A stretch of DNA of 57,968 bases from an uncultured Actinomycetes bacterium (GTDB lineage Bacteria; Chloroflexota; Dormibacteria; Dormibacterales; Dormibacteraceae). The position numbers and the translations under genes were made by a program. Shown piece by piece: positions 8,851-18,230 of the stretch. The stretch covers positions 1-57,968 of the forward strand of contig CAZHAC010000001.1 of NCBI GenBank assembly GCA_964529765.1, given 5' to 3'. Under the pieces are notes generated by a model. It did no database searches. It was not told the DNA's origin and saw only the letters and a program-made list of their open reading frames with translations. Numbering within the stretch: position 1 is the stretch's first letter; every line of letters begins with the position of its first letter.

Positions 8851-8945
8851 GATGTGCCCCCTAGCGGAGGGTCGGGGCAGCGCGTCTGAGGTCAGCCCTA
8901 AAAGGCATTCCGCCGGCCCTTTTCGGCGGCGAGAACGGGAGCAGC

Positions 8946-10571
8946 ATGAAGATGCGATCAGTCGTTCGTCCCGGTAGACATCGGCTCGCGACCCTGGCGA
9001 CCGCGACCATGCTGCTGGCCAGCTGCGCCGGCGGCACCAATGGCGGCAACGCCTCCAGCACCCCCGTCTACGGTGGCGTGCTGAAGGTCGCGATGGACGC
9101 CGAAAGCCCGGGCTGGGTGCCCGGCTGTGCCACCATCGCCTACGCCGGGGGGTACATCCAATACGCCTGGTTCGACGGCATCACCGACTTCGACAAGAGC
9201 GGCAACACGATTCCCTTCCTGGCCGAGTCGGTCACCCCGAACTCCGATTTCACGCAGTGGACGGTGAAGCTGCGGAGTGGGGTCACCTTCTCCAACGGCA
9301 CGGCGCTTACCGCGCAGTCGCTGAAGGACGACTTCGACAACTACCTGAAAGTCAAGGGTTCCACGGCCGCCAGCCTCGTCGCCACCGTTAAGAGCGCGAC
9401 GGTTAGCGACCCCCAGACGATCGTCTTCGCGATGGCGGCGCCGGTGTCCGACTTCCCTTACACGCTCAGCCAGATCTGGGCGTTCGACCCGGCCACCAAG
9501 GACAAGTACGGGGCTCAGGACTACTGCAGCCACCCGATCGGCACCGGGGCCTTCCAGCTCAGCAGCTGGGACCGCAACAACCTGACCGTCGCCAAGAAGG
9601 TGAGCAGCTACTGGCGCAAGGATGGGAACAACAAGCTGCCCTACCTGGACGAGCTCGACTTCCGGCCCATTCCCAACAGCGACTCCCGATTCGCCGCGCT
9701 CCAGTCCGGTGACGTGGATGCGCTCTTCAGCCGAGACGCCGACACCCTGACGCGTGCCTCCAAGCTGCCCAACATCAAGGTCGCGACCTATGTCGCTAGT
9801 GGCGGCTACGGCCTCTTCTTCAACAACATGAAGGCGCCAGTCGACGACGTACGGGTTCGCCGCGCCCTCTCCGAGGCCACCAACAAACCGGCTGTGGTCG
9901 CCTCGGGCGGCGGCGACAAGCAGTACCAGATCGTTCGCGACGAGTACTACGCTCCCAACAGCCCCTACTACAGCCAGAAGGCCGCCGACGCATCGCCCAA
10001 GTTCGACGTCAACAAGGCGAAAGCCGATATCTCGGCCTACATCAACGATCCCAAACGGAGCGATGGCCAGCCGGTGGGGTCGCCGGTGAAGATCGAGATC
10101 TCGGTCACGCCTGACGCGGCCGCCAACGCCATGGTCCAGGTCGTGCAAGCGGAGTGGCAGCAAATCCAGGGCGTACAGGTGACCATCAACCAGAAGCAGG
10201 AGATCCCCCTTGTGCTTGACGCGATCAAGGGCAACTTCACCGTCAACTGGTTCGGTTGGAGCGACCAGCCGCCGTACTCGCTCTTCTCGCACAACTTCCT
10301 GCCCTATCCCGCCAACACCTCCAACTACGCGCACTTCAACAACGACACAGTGGTCTCGACGATCAATCAGCTGGCCCAGACCAACGATCCCGCCAAGACC
10401 AAGCAGCTGGCTGAGCGAATCCTGATGGTCTTCGCCGACCAGGTGCCGCTCATTCCGCTGACCACGACGCCAGTCGGCATCGCCTACAACACGAAGAAGG
10501 TCCACAACCTGGTGATGCAGCCGTCCTCCGTGGGCCATGTCGACTGGGCCACGGTCTACGTCACCAAGTAG
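8946..10571 (+). CDS. ABC transporter substrate-binding lipoprotein, family 5 (DppA/OppA type)
   Basis: Signal peptide with lipobox LLASCAG. 541 aa, followed by DppBCDF-like genes. Confidence 0.88.
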   Translation: MKMRSVVRPGRHRLATLATATMLLASCAGGTNGGNASSTPVYGGVLKVAMDAESPGWVPGCATIAYAGGYIQYAWFDGITDFDKSGNTIPFLAESVTPNSDFTQWTVKLRSGVTFSNGTALTAQSLKDDFDNYLKVKGSTAASLVATVKSATVSDPQTIVFAMAAPVSDFPYTLSQIWAFDPATKDKYGAQDYCSHPIGTGAFQLSSWDRNNLTVAKKVSSYWRKDGNNKLPYLDELDFRPIPNSDSRFAALQSGDVDALFSRDADTLTRASKLPNIKVATYVASGGYGLFFNNMKAPVDDVRVRRALSEATNKPAVVASGGGDKQYQIVRDEYYAPNSPYYSQKAADASPKFDVNKAKADISAYINDPKRSDGQPVGSPVKIEISVTPDAAANAMVQVVQAEWQQIQGVQVTINQKQEIPLVLDAIKGNFTVNWFGWSDQPPYSLFSHNFLPYPANTSNYAHFNNDTVVSTINQLAQTNDPAKTKQLAERILMVFADQVPLIPLTTTPVGIAYNTKKVHNLVMQPSSVGHVDWATVYVTK

Positions 10572-10610
10572 CCGGCGGAAACGGGTAGTCCAGGAAGGGG
10601 TAGCGGGGTT

Positions 10611-11600
10611 TTGAGGAGAGGTGGCCCCATCACCGGTTTCGCCGCCGCCGCGGCGAAGCGAGGCGGTCGCCTCCTCCTCACCCTGTTCGCCGTGAGCACA
10701 GCGGCCTTCCTGGTTACCTCGCTGATCCCCGGCAACGCCGCCTACCTGATCCTCGGGCCTGCCAACCTGACGCCCGAAAACATCGCCGCGGTCGAGCACG
10801 AGCTCGGCGTCGACGAGCCGCTGCCGCTGCGCTACGTGCACTGGCTCGGGCGCGTGCTGCACGGCGACTTCGGCTACTCCTACGTGCTCAACGACAGCGT
10901 TGGCCGGGAGATTCTCCACCACCTTCCTGTCTCCCTGGAGCTGATCGTTCTCAGCGTGATCATCGCGCTCGTGATCGCGGTTCCGCTCGGCGTGGCCAGC
11001 GCCTACCGGGTCGGGCGACCGATCGACCGCGTAATCTCCGCCCTCACATTCGGGCTGCTGGCGGTACCAGGCTTCGTGATGGCCCTCGTCCTGATCCTGG
11101 TCTTCGCAGTCAGCCTCCACATGCTTCCCTCGACTGGCTGGGTGCGCTTGCAGGAGGACCTGATCGGCAACCTCCAGGCCGCGCTTTTGCCCGCCCTTTC
11201 ACTGTCGGTGTCGCAGCTGGCGGTGTTCACGCGCCTCATGCGAAGCGAGATGATCTCCACCCTCCAGGAGGACTACATCGCCATGGCCCGGGCAAAGGGC
11301 CTGCCGACCCGGCGGATTCTCTTCCTGCACGCCTTCAAGCCCTCGTCCTTCCCGCTCCTGACCCTGGTCGGGATCCAGGTCGGGGTGCTGATCTCGGGCA
11401 CCGTGATCGTGGAGAGCATCTTCGGGCTGCCCGGCATCGGCAGCCTGCTGCTGACCTCGATCTACTCCCACGACTACGCGATGATCCAGGGCGTCACGCT
11501 CTTCGTCGCCACCGGGTTCGTGACCGTCAACTTTGCTGTCGACGCGCTCTACGCGGTGCTCGACCCCCGCGTACGCCGGCAGGGCCTGGCGGCGGCCTAG
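10611..11600 (+). CDS. ABC transporter permease (DppB/OppB type)
   Basis: Multi-span hydrophobic protein. The EAA-loop region is YIAMARAKGLPTRRILFLHAFKPS. The start (TTG 10611) is provisional. Confidence 0.88.
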   Translation: MRRGGPITGFAAAAAKRGGRLLLTLFAVSTAAFLVTSLIPGNAAYLILGPANLTPENIAAVEHELGVDEPLPLRYVHWLGRVLHGDFGYSYVLNDSVGREILHHLPVSLELIVLSVIIALVIAVPLGVASAYRVGRPIDRVISALTFGLLAVPGFVMALVLILVFAVSLHMLPSTGWVRLQEDLIGNLQAALLPALSLSVSQLAVFTRLMRSEMISTLQEDYIAMARAKGLPTRRILFLHAFKPSSFPLLTLVGIQVGVLISGTVIVESIFGLPGIGSLLLTSIYSHDYAMIQGVTLFVATGFVTVNFAVDALYAVLDPRVRRQGLAAA

Positions 11601-11610
11601 GTTTCTCGCG

Positions 11611-12522
11611 ATGGCGACCCCACTTGCCGCCCCGCCTCCGCCGGCCATCGCCGCGCGCTCGGAGGAACCAGCCTGGGGCGTCCTCGGCCGGGGGGCACGC
11701 GGCGCCGCGGGTTACGGTTCCGCTTTCTGGGTCTGCGTGGGCTGGCTGGTCCTTCTCGTGCTGGCGGCGCTGCTCGCCGGCTGGCTGCCCATCGCCAAGC
11801 CCAACGCGGTCGACCCCTTCGTCCGGCTCGAGCCTCCGCTTTCGCCAGGCCACCTGCTGGGGACTGACGACCTCGGCCGCGACGTGCTCAGCCGGATGGT
11901 TTACGGAGCCCGGGTGTCACTCTCAGTGGCCACTCTGTCGGTGGTCATCGGGATGGGCATCGGGCTCCCGGCCGGTATCGCCGCGGGCTACCTGCGTCAT
12001 CGAGTCGATGCCGTCGTCACCTTCCTTGTCGACGTCGTCCTGTCCTTCCCGGCGCTCGTCCTGCTGCTGGCCCTGATCGCTTACTTCGGACGCAGCCTCT
12101 TCATCATCGGCGCCCTGATCGGCTTTCTCTCGGTGCCCACCTACACCCGCATCGCCAGGGCGGCGACTCTGGCGGTGGCCGGCCGGGAGTTCGTCCTCGC
12201 GGCTCGTGCGATCGGTGCCCGCCCGGGCCGGATCATGCTCCGGGAGCTGCTCCCCAACGTCCTTCCGTCGGTCGCGGCCTACGGGCTCATACAGATGGGG
12301 GTTGCGATCGTGGTCGAGGGCTCGCTGAGCTTTCTCGGCCTCAGCGTCTCGCTGCCCACGCCCTCCTGGGGCGGTCTCATTGCGACCGGCCAGCACCACC
12401 TGGACGACGGGCCGACGTTGGTGCTGATCCCGTCTCTGGCGATGTTCCTGACCGTCTTCGCCCTGAACTTCATCGGCGACGGCGTCCGCCGGCGAAGCGA
12501 CCGGCGGGAGGGGGTCCTGTGA
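11611..12522 (+). CDS. ABC transporter permease (DppC/OppC type)
   Basis: ORF 11533.. trimmed to ATG 11611, 10 nt after the previous stop. HLLGTDDLGRDVLSRMVYGARVSL and FVLAARAIGARPGRIMLRELLPN are DppC-type motifs. Confidence 0.88.
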   Translation: MATPLAAPPPPAIAARSEEPAWGVLGRGARGAAGYGSAFWVCVGWLVLLVLAALLAGWLPIAKPNAVDPFVRLEPPLSPGHLLGTDDLGRDVLSRMVYGARVSLSVATLSVVIGMGIGLPAGIAAGYLRHRVDAVVTFLVDVVLSFPALVLLLALIAYFGRSLFIIGALIGFLSVPTYTRIARAATLAVAGREFVLAARAIGARPGRIMLRELLPNVLPSVAAYGLIQMGVAIVVEGSLSFLGLSVSLPTPSWGGLIATGQHHLDDGPTLVLIPSLAMFLTVFALNFIGDGVRRRSDRREGVL

Positions 12523-13526
12523 GCGGCGAACCAGTCCTGGTCGTCGACGGCCTGCAGGTCGAATTCGACTCGCCGAGGGGCACCGTCCACGCGGTCGCCG
12601 GCGTCTCCTTCGAGCTCGACGCGGGCTCGACGCTCGGCATCGTCGGCGAGTCGGGGTCGGGCAAGTCGGTGATGTGCCGGGCGATCATGGGCCTGCTGCC
12701 GGGGCGCCACGTGCATCGTCAAGGGCGGGTCGTGCTCGCGGGAAGGGAGGTCAGCGGCCTCACCGGCGGCGAGCTGCGGGAGCTGCTGGGGCCGGTCGTG
12801 GCGATGGTGCCGCAGCACCCGCGCACCTCTCTTAACCCGGTGCTCACGGTGGGCAGCCAGATCACGGAGTCGCTCCGCCTTCACCTCCGCCTCAGCAGTC
12901 GTGAGGCCACAGAGGAGGCGGTACAGCTGCTCGCCGCCGTCGGCATCCCGGAGCCCGGGCGCCGCTTCAAGCAGTACCCGCACGAGCTCTCGGGGGGTAT
13001 GTGCCAGCGGGTCACGATCGCCATGGCACTGTCCTGCCGTCCCCAGATTTTGATCGCCGACGAGCCGACCACCGCCCTCGACGTCACCGTCCAGGCTCAG
13101 ATCCTCGACCTCTTGAAGCAACTCCAGGTAGAACACCAGATGGCCCTGGTGCTGGTCACGCACGACCTCAGCATCGCTGCCGCCTGCACCGACCGGATCG
13201 CGGTCATGTACGCCGGCCGGTTCGTGGAGGAGGCGCCGACCGGACGGCTCTTCGACTCCATGCGCATGCCGTACACCGAGGCGCTGCTGGCTGCAATTCC
13301 CGACATCGACCGGCCCAGCCACTCGCGCCTGAGGGCGATCGAGGGGCAGCCGCCCGATCTCGCCGGCAAAATGCCCGGCTGCGCATTCGCACCGCGCTGC
13401 CCACACGTCCGGGAGCGGTGCCGCGAGGAAGAGCCGCCCTTGGTGGGCGAGGGCGGCCACCGCTTCGCCTGCTGGTACCCGCTCGCCGTCGACGCTCAAG
13501 CCAGGGTCTCCGCCCATGGCCGGTAG
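12519..13526 (+). CDS. ABC transporter ATP-binding protein (DppD/OppD type)
   Basis: Walker A GESGSGKS, signature LSGGMCQRV, Walker B LIADEPTTALD, and a Cys-rich oligopeptide-type C-terminus. GTGA overlap. Confidence 0.93.
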   Translation: MSGEPVLVVDGLQVEFDSPRGTVHAVAGVSFELDAGSTLGIVGESGSGKSVMCRAIMGLLPGRHVHRQGRVVLAGREVSGLTGGELRELLGPVVAMVPQHPRTSLNPVLTVGSQITESLRLHLRLSSREATEEAVQLLAAVGIPEPGRRFKQYPHELSGGMCQRVTIAMALSCRPQILIADEPTTALDVTVQAQILDLLKQLQVEHQMALVLVTHDLSIAAACTDRIAVMYAGRFVEEAPTGRLFDSMRMPYTEALLAAIPDIDRPSHSRLRAIEGQPPDLAGKMPGCAFAPRCPHVRERCREEEPPLVGEGGHRFACWYPLAVDAQARVSAHGR

Positions 13527-14538
13527 CGGCACCGCCCATCTTCGCCCGGCGACCGACGTGCTCCTGCGCGCCGAACAGGTGGTGGTCGAGTTCCCGGTCG
13601 CCGGCGGCCGCATCCACGCCGTCAGCGGGGTGAGCGTGGACGTCGGGCGCAAGGAGACGCTGGCCCTGGTCGGCGAGTCGGGCTGCGGCAAGTCGAGCCT
13701 GGCCATGGCCATCGCTCAGCTGCCCCGGCCGAACGCTGGGCGGGTCTTTTTGGAGGACACGGAGCTGACCTCTCTGCGCGGGGAGAGGATGCGGCAGGCG
13801 CGGCCGCGGATCCAGGTCGTCTTCCAGGATCCGATCGCGGCGCTCAACCCTCGCCGGACGGTGGCCGAGATCGTCGGCGAGCCCCTGGATGTCTGGAGAC
13901 GCGGCAGCCCAGAGGAAAGGCGGCGGCTGGTCGACTCGACCCTGGAGCGCGTCGGTCTCAATCCCGACCGAGTCCGCGACAAGCGGCCCCCCCAGCTGTC
14001 AGGCGGGCAGTGTCAGCGAGTCGCGATTGCTCGCGCACTGGTCCTCGGCCCCGACGTCCTGATCTGCGACGAGCCCGTGTCCAGCCTCGACGTCTCGATC
14101 CAGGCTCAGGTCTTGAACCTGCTCGAAGACCTGAAGCAGGCGTACGGGTTGACCATGCTCTTCATCTCGCACGACCTGGCGGTGGTGAAGAACGTCGCCG
14201 ATCGCATCGCCGTTATGTATCTGGGCAAGCTCTGCGAGTACGTCGGCCAGGTCGACGACCTCTACCGAGAGCCCGCCCATCCCTACACGGCGATGCTCCT
14301 GGCGTCGGTGCCACGTCGAGCCGTGGGCGGCCTGCGGGCAGTTCCAAAGGGCGAAGCGGCATCCCCGATGGCACCTCCCTCCGGCTGCCGATTCCGCACC
14401 CGGTGCCCACGCGCCGATGCCCGCTGCGCGGCCGAGGAGCCGGGGGTTCGGCAAGTGGCCAGCGGCCACTTCGTCGCCTGCCACCACCCCCTGATCGGTG
14501 CCGACTCCGGCCCTGCACTACAGGAGAACCAGCCATGA
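13516..14538 (+). CDS. ABC transporter ATP-binding protein (DppF/OppF type)
   Basis: GESGCGKS, LSGGQCQRV, LICDEPVSSLD. 11-nt overlap with the previous gene. Confidence 0.93.
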   Translation: MAGSGTAHLRPATDVLLRAEQVVVEFPVAGGRIHAVSGVSVDVGRKETLALVGESGCGKSSLAMAIAQLPRPNAGRVFLEDTELTSLRGERMRQARPRIQVVFQDPIAALNPRRTVAEIVGEPLDVWRRGSPEERRRLVDSTLERVGLNPDRVRDKRPPQLSGGQCQRVAIARALVLGPDVLICDEPVSSLDVSIQAQVLNLLEDLKQAYGLTMLFISHDLAVVKNVADRIAVMYLGKLCEYVGQVDDLYREPAHPYTAMLLASVPRRAVGGLRAVPKGEAASPMAPPSGCRFRTRCPRADARCAAEEPGVRQVASGHFVACHHPLIGADSGPALQENQP

Positions 14539-15383
14539 CCGCTACCGCCGCCACCCTTCCCGGATACAGCGCCTATGAGACGCTCGAAATCGTCAAGCGG
14601 GGATCGATCCTCGACGTCCGACTCAACCGGCCTGAAGCCCGCAACGCGATGACGTTCAAGATGGACGCCGAGCTCGACCTCATCCTCGACGAAGCCGAGG
14701 ATGACCCCGAGGTGGCAGCGGTCACGCTGCGCGGCAACGGCGTCCACTTCTGCGCCGGGCACGACCTCAAGGAGGTGGCCACCGGCTACCGCACGGAGGG
14801 CCGTCCGTCAGGGCTGCCCAAGGACATGGCGCGCCCGCACATGCCGCGTGCCTGGTACTTCAAAAAGCCTTTCATTGCCGGCGTCCACGGCTATGTGGGC
14901 CCGATGGCCAACCATCTCATCGCGGCCTGCGACTTCGTGATCGCGGCCGAGGGCACCCGCTTCAGCTTCGAGCAGACACGCATGGGTGGTGGCGCCGCCG
15001 GGGGCACAATCCTCAACTTCCAGCTGCCGATGCGAGTGGTCAAGAAGCTCTGGCTGATGGGGGGCTGGTTCGACGCGGAGAAGGCGCTGGCGATGGATTA
15101 CGTGCAGCGTGTGGTGGCGCTCGAGGACCTCGAAGCGGAGACGATGCGATGGGCGGAAGAGGCGGCCAAGATCCCTGCCGAGCAGTACGTCGGCGCCAAG
15201 GAGATGATCCACCGCTGCTACGAGATCCGCGGCCTGGTCGGCATCGCCATGATCCAGAACAAGGTCTCGGGCCACGGCAGCGTCAAGGACCGCAAGTTCT
15301 TCGAGATGGTCCAGGAGTTGGGACTCAAGGAGGCGCTCAAGTGGCGCGACGCCCAGTTCGACCAGTCGGTCGCCCGGATCTGA
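14535..15383 (+). CDS. Crotonase-fold protein, MenB/BadI-like subfamily (paralog 0)
   Basis: ORF 14010.. trimmed to ATG 14535 (ATGA overlap, CAGGAG upstream). LNRPEARNAM, HFCAGHDLKEVATGY...AWYFKKPFIAGVHGYVGP...FSFEQTRMGGGAAGG, C-terminal LKEALKWRDAQFDQSVARI. Confidence 0.85.
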   Translation: MTATAATLPGYSAYETLEIVKRGSILDVRLNRPEARNAMTFKMDAELDLILDEAEDDPEVAAVTLRGNGVHFCAGHDLKEVATGYRTEGRPSGLPKDMARPHMPRAWYFKKPFIAGVHGYVGPMANHLIAACDFVIAAEGTRFSFEQTRMGGGAAGGTILNFQLPMRVVKKLWLMGGWFDAEKALAMDYVQRVVALEDLEAETMRWAEEAAKIPAEQYVGAKEMIHRCYEIRGLVGIAMIQNKVSGHGSVKDRKFFEMVQELGLKEALKWRDAQFDQSVARI

Positions 15384-15384
15384 G

Positions 15385-17316
15385 TTGATGGCGACGACCG
15401 CTCAGGTCTCGGATGTCCGCGCCGCCGTGGAAGCGCTGCTCAACCCCCGCAGCGTCGCCTTCCTGGGCGCGTCACGGGATCCGGCGGCGCCGAGCAACAT
15501 GTTCATCGGTCAGCTGACCGCGCCTGGCAGCGGCTTCAACGGGAAGATCTTCCCGATCAACCCCAACGCCGAGGAGATCGCTGGTCACCGCGCCTATCCG
15601 AACGTCGGGGCGGTACCGGAGCCGATCGACGTGGCGGTGGTCATGCAGACCTGGGAGCGGGCGGTGGAGGGGCTCCGCGACTGCGCCGGCGCCGGGGTGA
15701 AGGCGGTGTTCATGCTCTCCGCCGTCCCGCAGGAGCCGGGTCGCTTCAACGACGCCATCCGGGAGGCGATCGCCGGGACGCCGTTGCACGTCCTCGGTCC
15801 CAACTGCCTCGGCACCTACAACCTGCTCGAGAACATCTCCATGACCGCCGGCTTCCCGCCTCCGCGTGGGGCGCACCGGCCGGGCACCGGGGTGGCGGCG
15901 ATCGGCCACAGCGGTGGCTCGCTGCTCGGCGTGGCTTCACATGCGGTGGAGATGGGCGTGCCTTTCTCCTACTTCGTGAGCTGCGGCAACGAGGCCGACC
16001 TCAAGTTCGACGACTTCGTCGACTGGTTCCTCGACCAGCCCGACGTGAAGGTGGTTGTCTGCTACCTGGAGGAGATCCGCCGGCCCCGGCGTCTACTGGC
16101 GCTGGCCGGTCGGGCTCGCGAGCTGGGCAAGAGCATCGTCGCCGTAAAGGTGGGCCAGTCGGAGGAGAGTGCCGCGGTTGCCCTGTCACACACCTACTCG
16201 TTCACGGGGCCCTTCGACATCCAGCTGGCGCACCTGCGCCGGCACGGGATCGTGTGGGCAAACAGCATGTCGCAGGCGGCTGCCTTCATCACGGCGCTTC
16301 GCGCCGAACCGCTGCCGCCTGCCCCGGGAGTAGGAGTTCTGACCACGACCGGTGGCATCTCGGCAACGCTGGCCGAGGTGATGAACCGCAGCGGCGTCCC
16401 GCTTCCCCAAGCGGAACCGGCTTTCGGGCGCATCTACGATCTGCTGGCGCCGTCCAACATGCAGGACCCCCTGGTCCACAACCCGGTCGACCTGGGAGCG
16501 CCCGGTGTCCACAACGACGAGCTCTGGCAAGCGGCCGCGGTCGCCCTCCTCGACCAACCCGAGATTGGCACCCTGCTTGTGGTCACAACCGCCAACACCT
16601 GGAAGGAGCGCATTCCGACCGCCCGGTCGGCGGCGAGCGATCGCGGCAAGGCTCTTTCCGTCTATCTCTATATGACGCAGACGGCGAGCTATAAGAAGGG
16701 CGGCGATCTGCCGATCGGCAACTTCGACGAGCTGGCCGCGGATGGCGTCCCCGTCTTCACCTCCGAAGTCGAGTGTGCGGAGGCCCTTCGGATGCTGATC
16801 GACCGCAGCCGCTTCCTCGCCGAGCCGGCGCCACCGGGTCCGGGCGAGGGTGAGCTCAGCGGACCGGAGACGCTGGTTCCGATCGCCGAGGAGGAGGTCC
16901 TGGCCTGGCTTGGGGCCCACGGGATAGCGGCGGGCACCGCAGCGGGCGCCGAGCCGGAATGGCTGGTAGGGGTCCGCAACGACTTCGGCTTTGGTCCGGT
17001 GGTCAGCGTCCGCGCCGCCGGCGTGCTCGGAGAGGCGGCGGCCGAGGCGGCTCTGATCCCGGCCCCGGCCACCGCTCGAGAGGCCGAGCACGCCATCACC
17101 AGCCTCCGGGCCGCCGCCGCGCTTAAGCGCTACGGCCGCTTCTCCACGCCCGGTCGTGCCGGCCTGGCCGCGTTCGCGGCCGGGTTGAGCAGGCTCGCCT
17201 GGGAGCACCGGAACGACCTCGCCGAGCTCGATCTCGAGCTGGCGGCGGCGAACGATGGCAGCTGGGTGGCGAGGGCTGCTCCGCGCGGCGTCGCTCGTCC
17301 CGGAGGGCTGCGTTGA
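15385..17316 (+). CDS. NDP-forming acyl-CoA synthetase-like / CoA-binding-domain protein
   Basis: LLNPRSVAFLGASRD...GKIFPINPNAEEIAGHRAYPNVGAVPEPIDVAVVM is a CoA-binding domain. It is followed by a succinyl-CoA-synthetase-like flavodoxin domain containing LSHTYSFTG. The C-terminus is Ala-rich and poorly recognisable. Confidence 0.75.
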   Translation: MMATTAQVSDVRAAVEALLNPRSVAFLGASRDPAAPSNMFIGQLTAPGSGFNGKIFPINPNAEEIAGHRAYPNVGAVPEPIDVAVVMQTWERAVEGLRDCAGAGVKAVFMLSAVPQEPGRFNDAIREAIAGTPLHVLGPNCLGTYNLLENISMTAGFPPPRGAHRPGTGVAAIGHSGGSLLGVASHAVEMGVPFSYFVSCGNEADLKFDDFVDWFLDQPDVKVVVCYLEEIRRPRRLLALAGRARELGKSIVAVKVGQSEESAAVALSHTYSFTGPFDIQLAHLRRHGIVWANSMSQAAAFITALRAEPLPPAPGVGVLTTTGGISATLAEVMNRSGVPLPQAEPAFGRIYDLLAPSNMQDPLVHNPVDLGAPGVHNDELWQAAAVALLDQPEIGTLLVVTTANTWKERIPTARSAASDRGKALSVYLYMTQTASYKKGGDLPIGNFDELAADGVPVFTSEVECAEALRMLIDRSRFLAEPAPPGPGEGELSGPETLVPIAEEEVLAWLGAHGIAAGTAAGAEPEWLVGVRNDFGFGPVVSVRAAGVLGEAAAEAALIPAPATAREAEHAITSLRAAAALKRYGRFSTPGRAGLAAFAAGLSRLAWEHRNDLAELDLELAAANDGSWVARAAPRGVARPGGLR

Positions 17317-18230
17317 TCGACGCTCGCCAGTACCTGGATCACCTCCGGGCGGTGGTCGAGATCAACGGCATGCAGGTGTCCGAGATCGTCGCCCCCGCCG
17401 AGCACGAGGTCGTGCTGCGGGGTCTCCGCCTCCACTACCACGATTGGGGGAACGAAGCGGCGCCCCCGCTGCTCTTCCTGCACGGCGGCGGTCTCACGGC
17501 CCACACGTGGGACGTGGTCTGCCTGGCCCTGCGGGCCTACTTTCACTGCCTGGCCCTCGACTTCCGCGGTCACGGCGACAGCGATTGGGCCGAGGTCTAC
17601 GACATCGAGACCCACACCGACGACGTGCGCGCGCTGGTCGAGCATCTTGGAATCGAGCCCGGCCGGCTCCATCTCGCGGGCATGTCGATGGGCGGGATGG
17701 TGGCAGTGCGCTACGCGGGCCGGTTCAACGACCTGGCTTCGCTGACCGTCATCGACGTCGGCCCCGAGCTGCCGCGGAGCGACGGCGCGCGCCGGATCGA
17801 GAACTTCATCGACGGCGCCGAACTGGACTCGATCGACGACTTCATCAAGCGCTCCCTGGCCTTCAACCCGCGCCGCGATCCGGATCTTCTGCGGCAGAGC
17901 CTGCTCCACAACCTGCGCCAGCTGCCGAACGGGAAGTGGACCTGGAAATACGACCGCCGCCACTACCAGCTGGATCGCGACCCGAAAGAGTTCCTGGAGT
18001 TCGTCCGGGCCACCTGGTCGAAGGTCCCGGAGATCAGCTGCCCTGCCCTGGTGGTGAAAGGCGGCGACAGCGACATCCTCTCTGAAGCGACCGCCCGGAG
18101 GCTGGCCGAGTCATTCCCCTCCGGGCGCTACGTGGTGGTGCCCAACGCGGGCCATACCGTACAGGGCGACAACCCGGCCGGCCTCGCCGCCCGCATGCTG
18201 GAGTTCCTGGGCGAGGTGGCGGGGCGGTGA
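17313..18230 (+). CDS. Alpha/beta-fold hydrolase
   Basis: LFLHGGGLTAHTWD, nucleophile elbow GMSMGG and C-terminal NAGHTVQ. TTGA overlap. Confidence 0.88.
   Translation: MIDARQYLDHLRAVVEINGMQVSEIVAPAEHEVVLRGLRLHYHDWGNEAAPPLLFLHGGGLTAHTWDVVCLALRAYFHCLALDFRGHGDSDWAEVYDIETHTDDVRALVEHLGIEPGRLHLAGMSMGGMVAVRYAGRFNDLASLTVIDVGPELPRSDGARRIENFIDGAELDSIDDFIKRSLAFNPRRDPDLLRQSLLHNLRQLPNGKWTWKYDRRHYQLDRDPKEFLEFVRATWSKVPEISCPALVVKGGDSDILSEATARRLAESFPSGRYVVVPNAGHTVQGDNPAGLAARMLEFLGEVAGR

Noticed and set aside
8909-8930. CCGCCG-N8-CGGCGG hairpin in the leader of the SBP gene, considered as a riboswitch or attenuator.
   Set aside because: It is a short stem with no U-tract, no alternative pairing that I could see and no recognisable riboswitch core. 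It is mentioned under the promoter finding only.
8958-11120. 720-aa antisense ORF. Similar long antisense or out-of-frame ORFs occur at 2353-3534, 4084-5262, 5244-6242, 7536-8813, 12279-13712, 16186-17208, 18979-20418, 21052-22299, 24277-25731, 26516-28465, 34372-35964, 37765-39417 and 49059-50219.
   Set aside because: All lie opposite or out of frame to genes with clear family signatures. Their translations are Arg/Gly/Pro/Ala-rich with no recognisable motifs. Stop-poor shadow frames are expected in GC-rich DNA.
14010-14534. Long N-terminal extensions offered by the ORF track: 14010 for the crotonase, 18460 for the ligase, 329 for the CoA-transferase, 11533, 22182, 32222, 36527, and the upstream parts of 38383, 30069, 45282, 46280, 47335 and 56200.
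   Set aside because: The extensions overlap the preceding real gene in another frame and are low-complexity. Internal starts coincide with ATGA/GTGA coupling junctions or ribosome-binding sites, and with the beginning of family homology.
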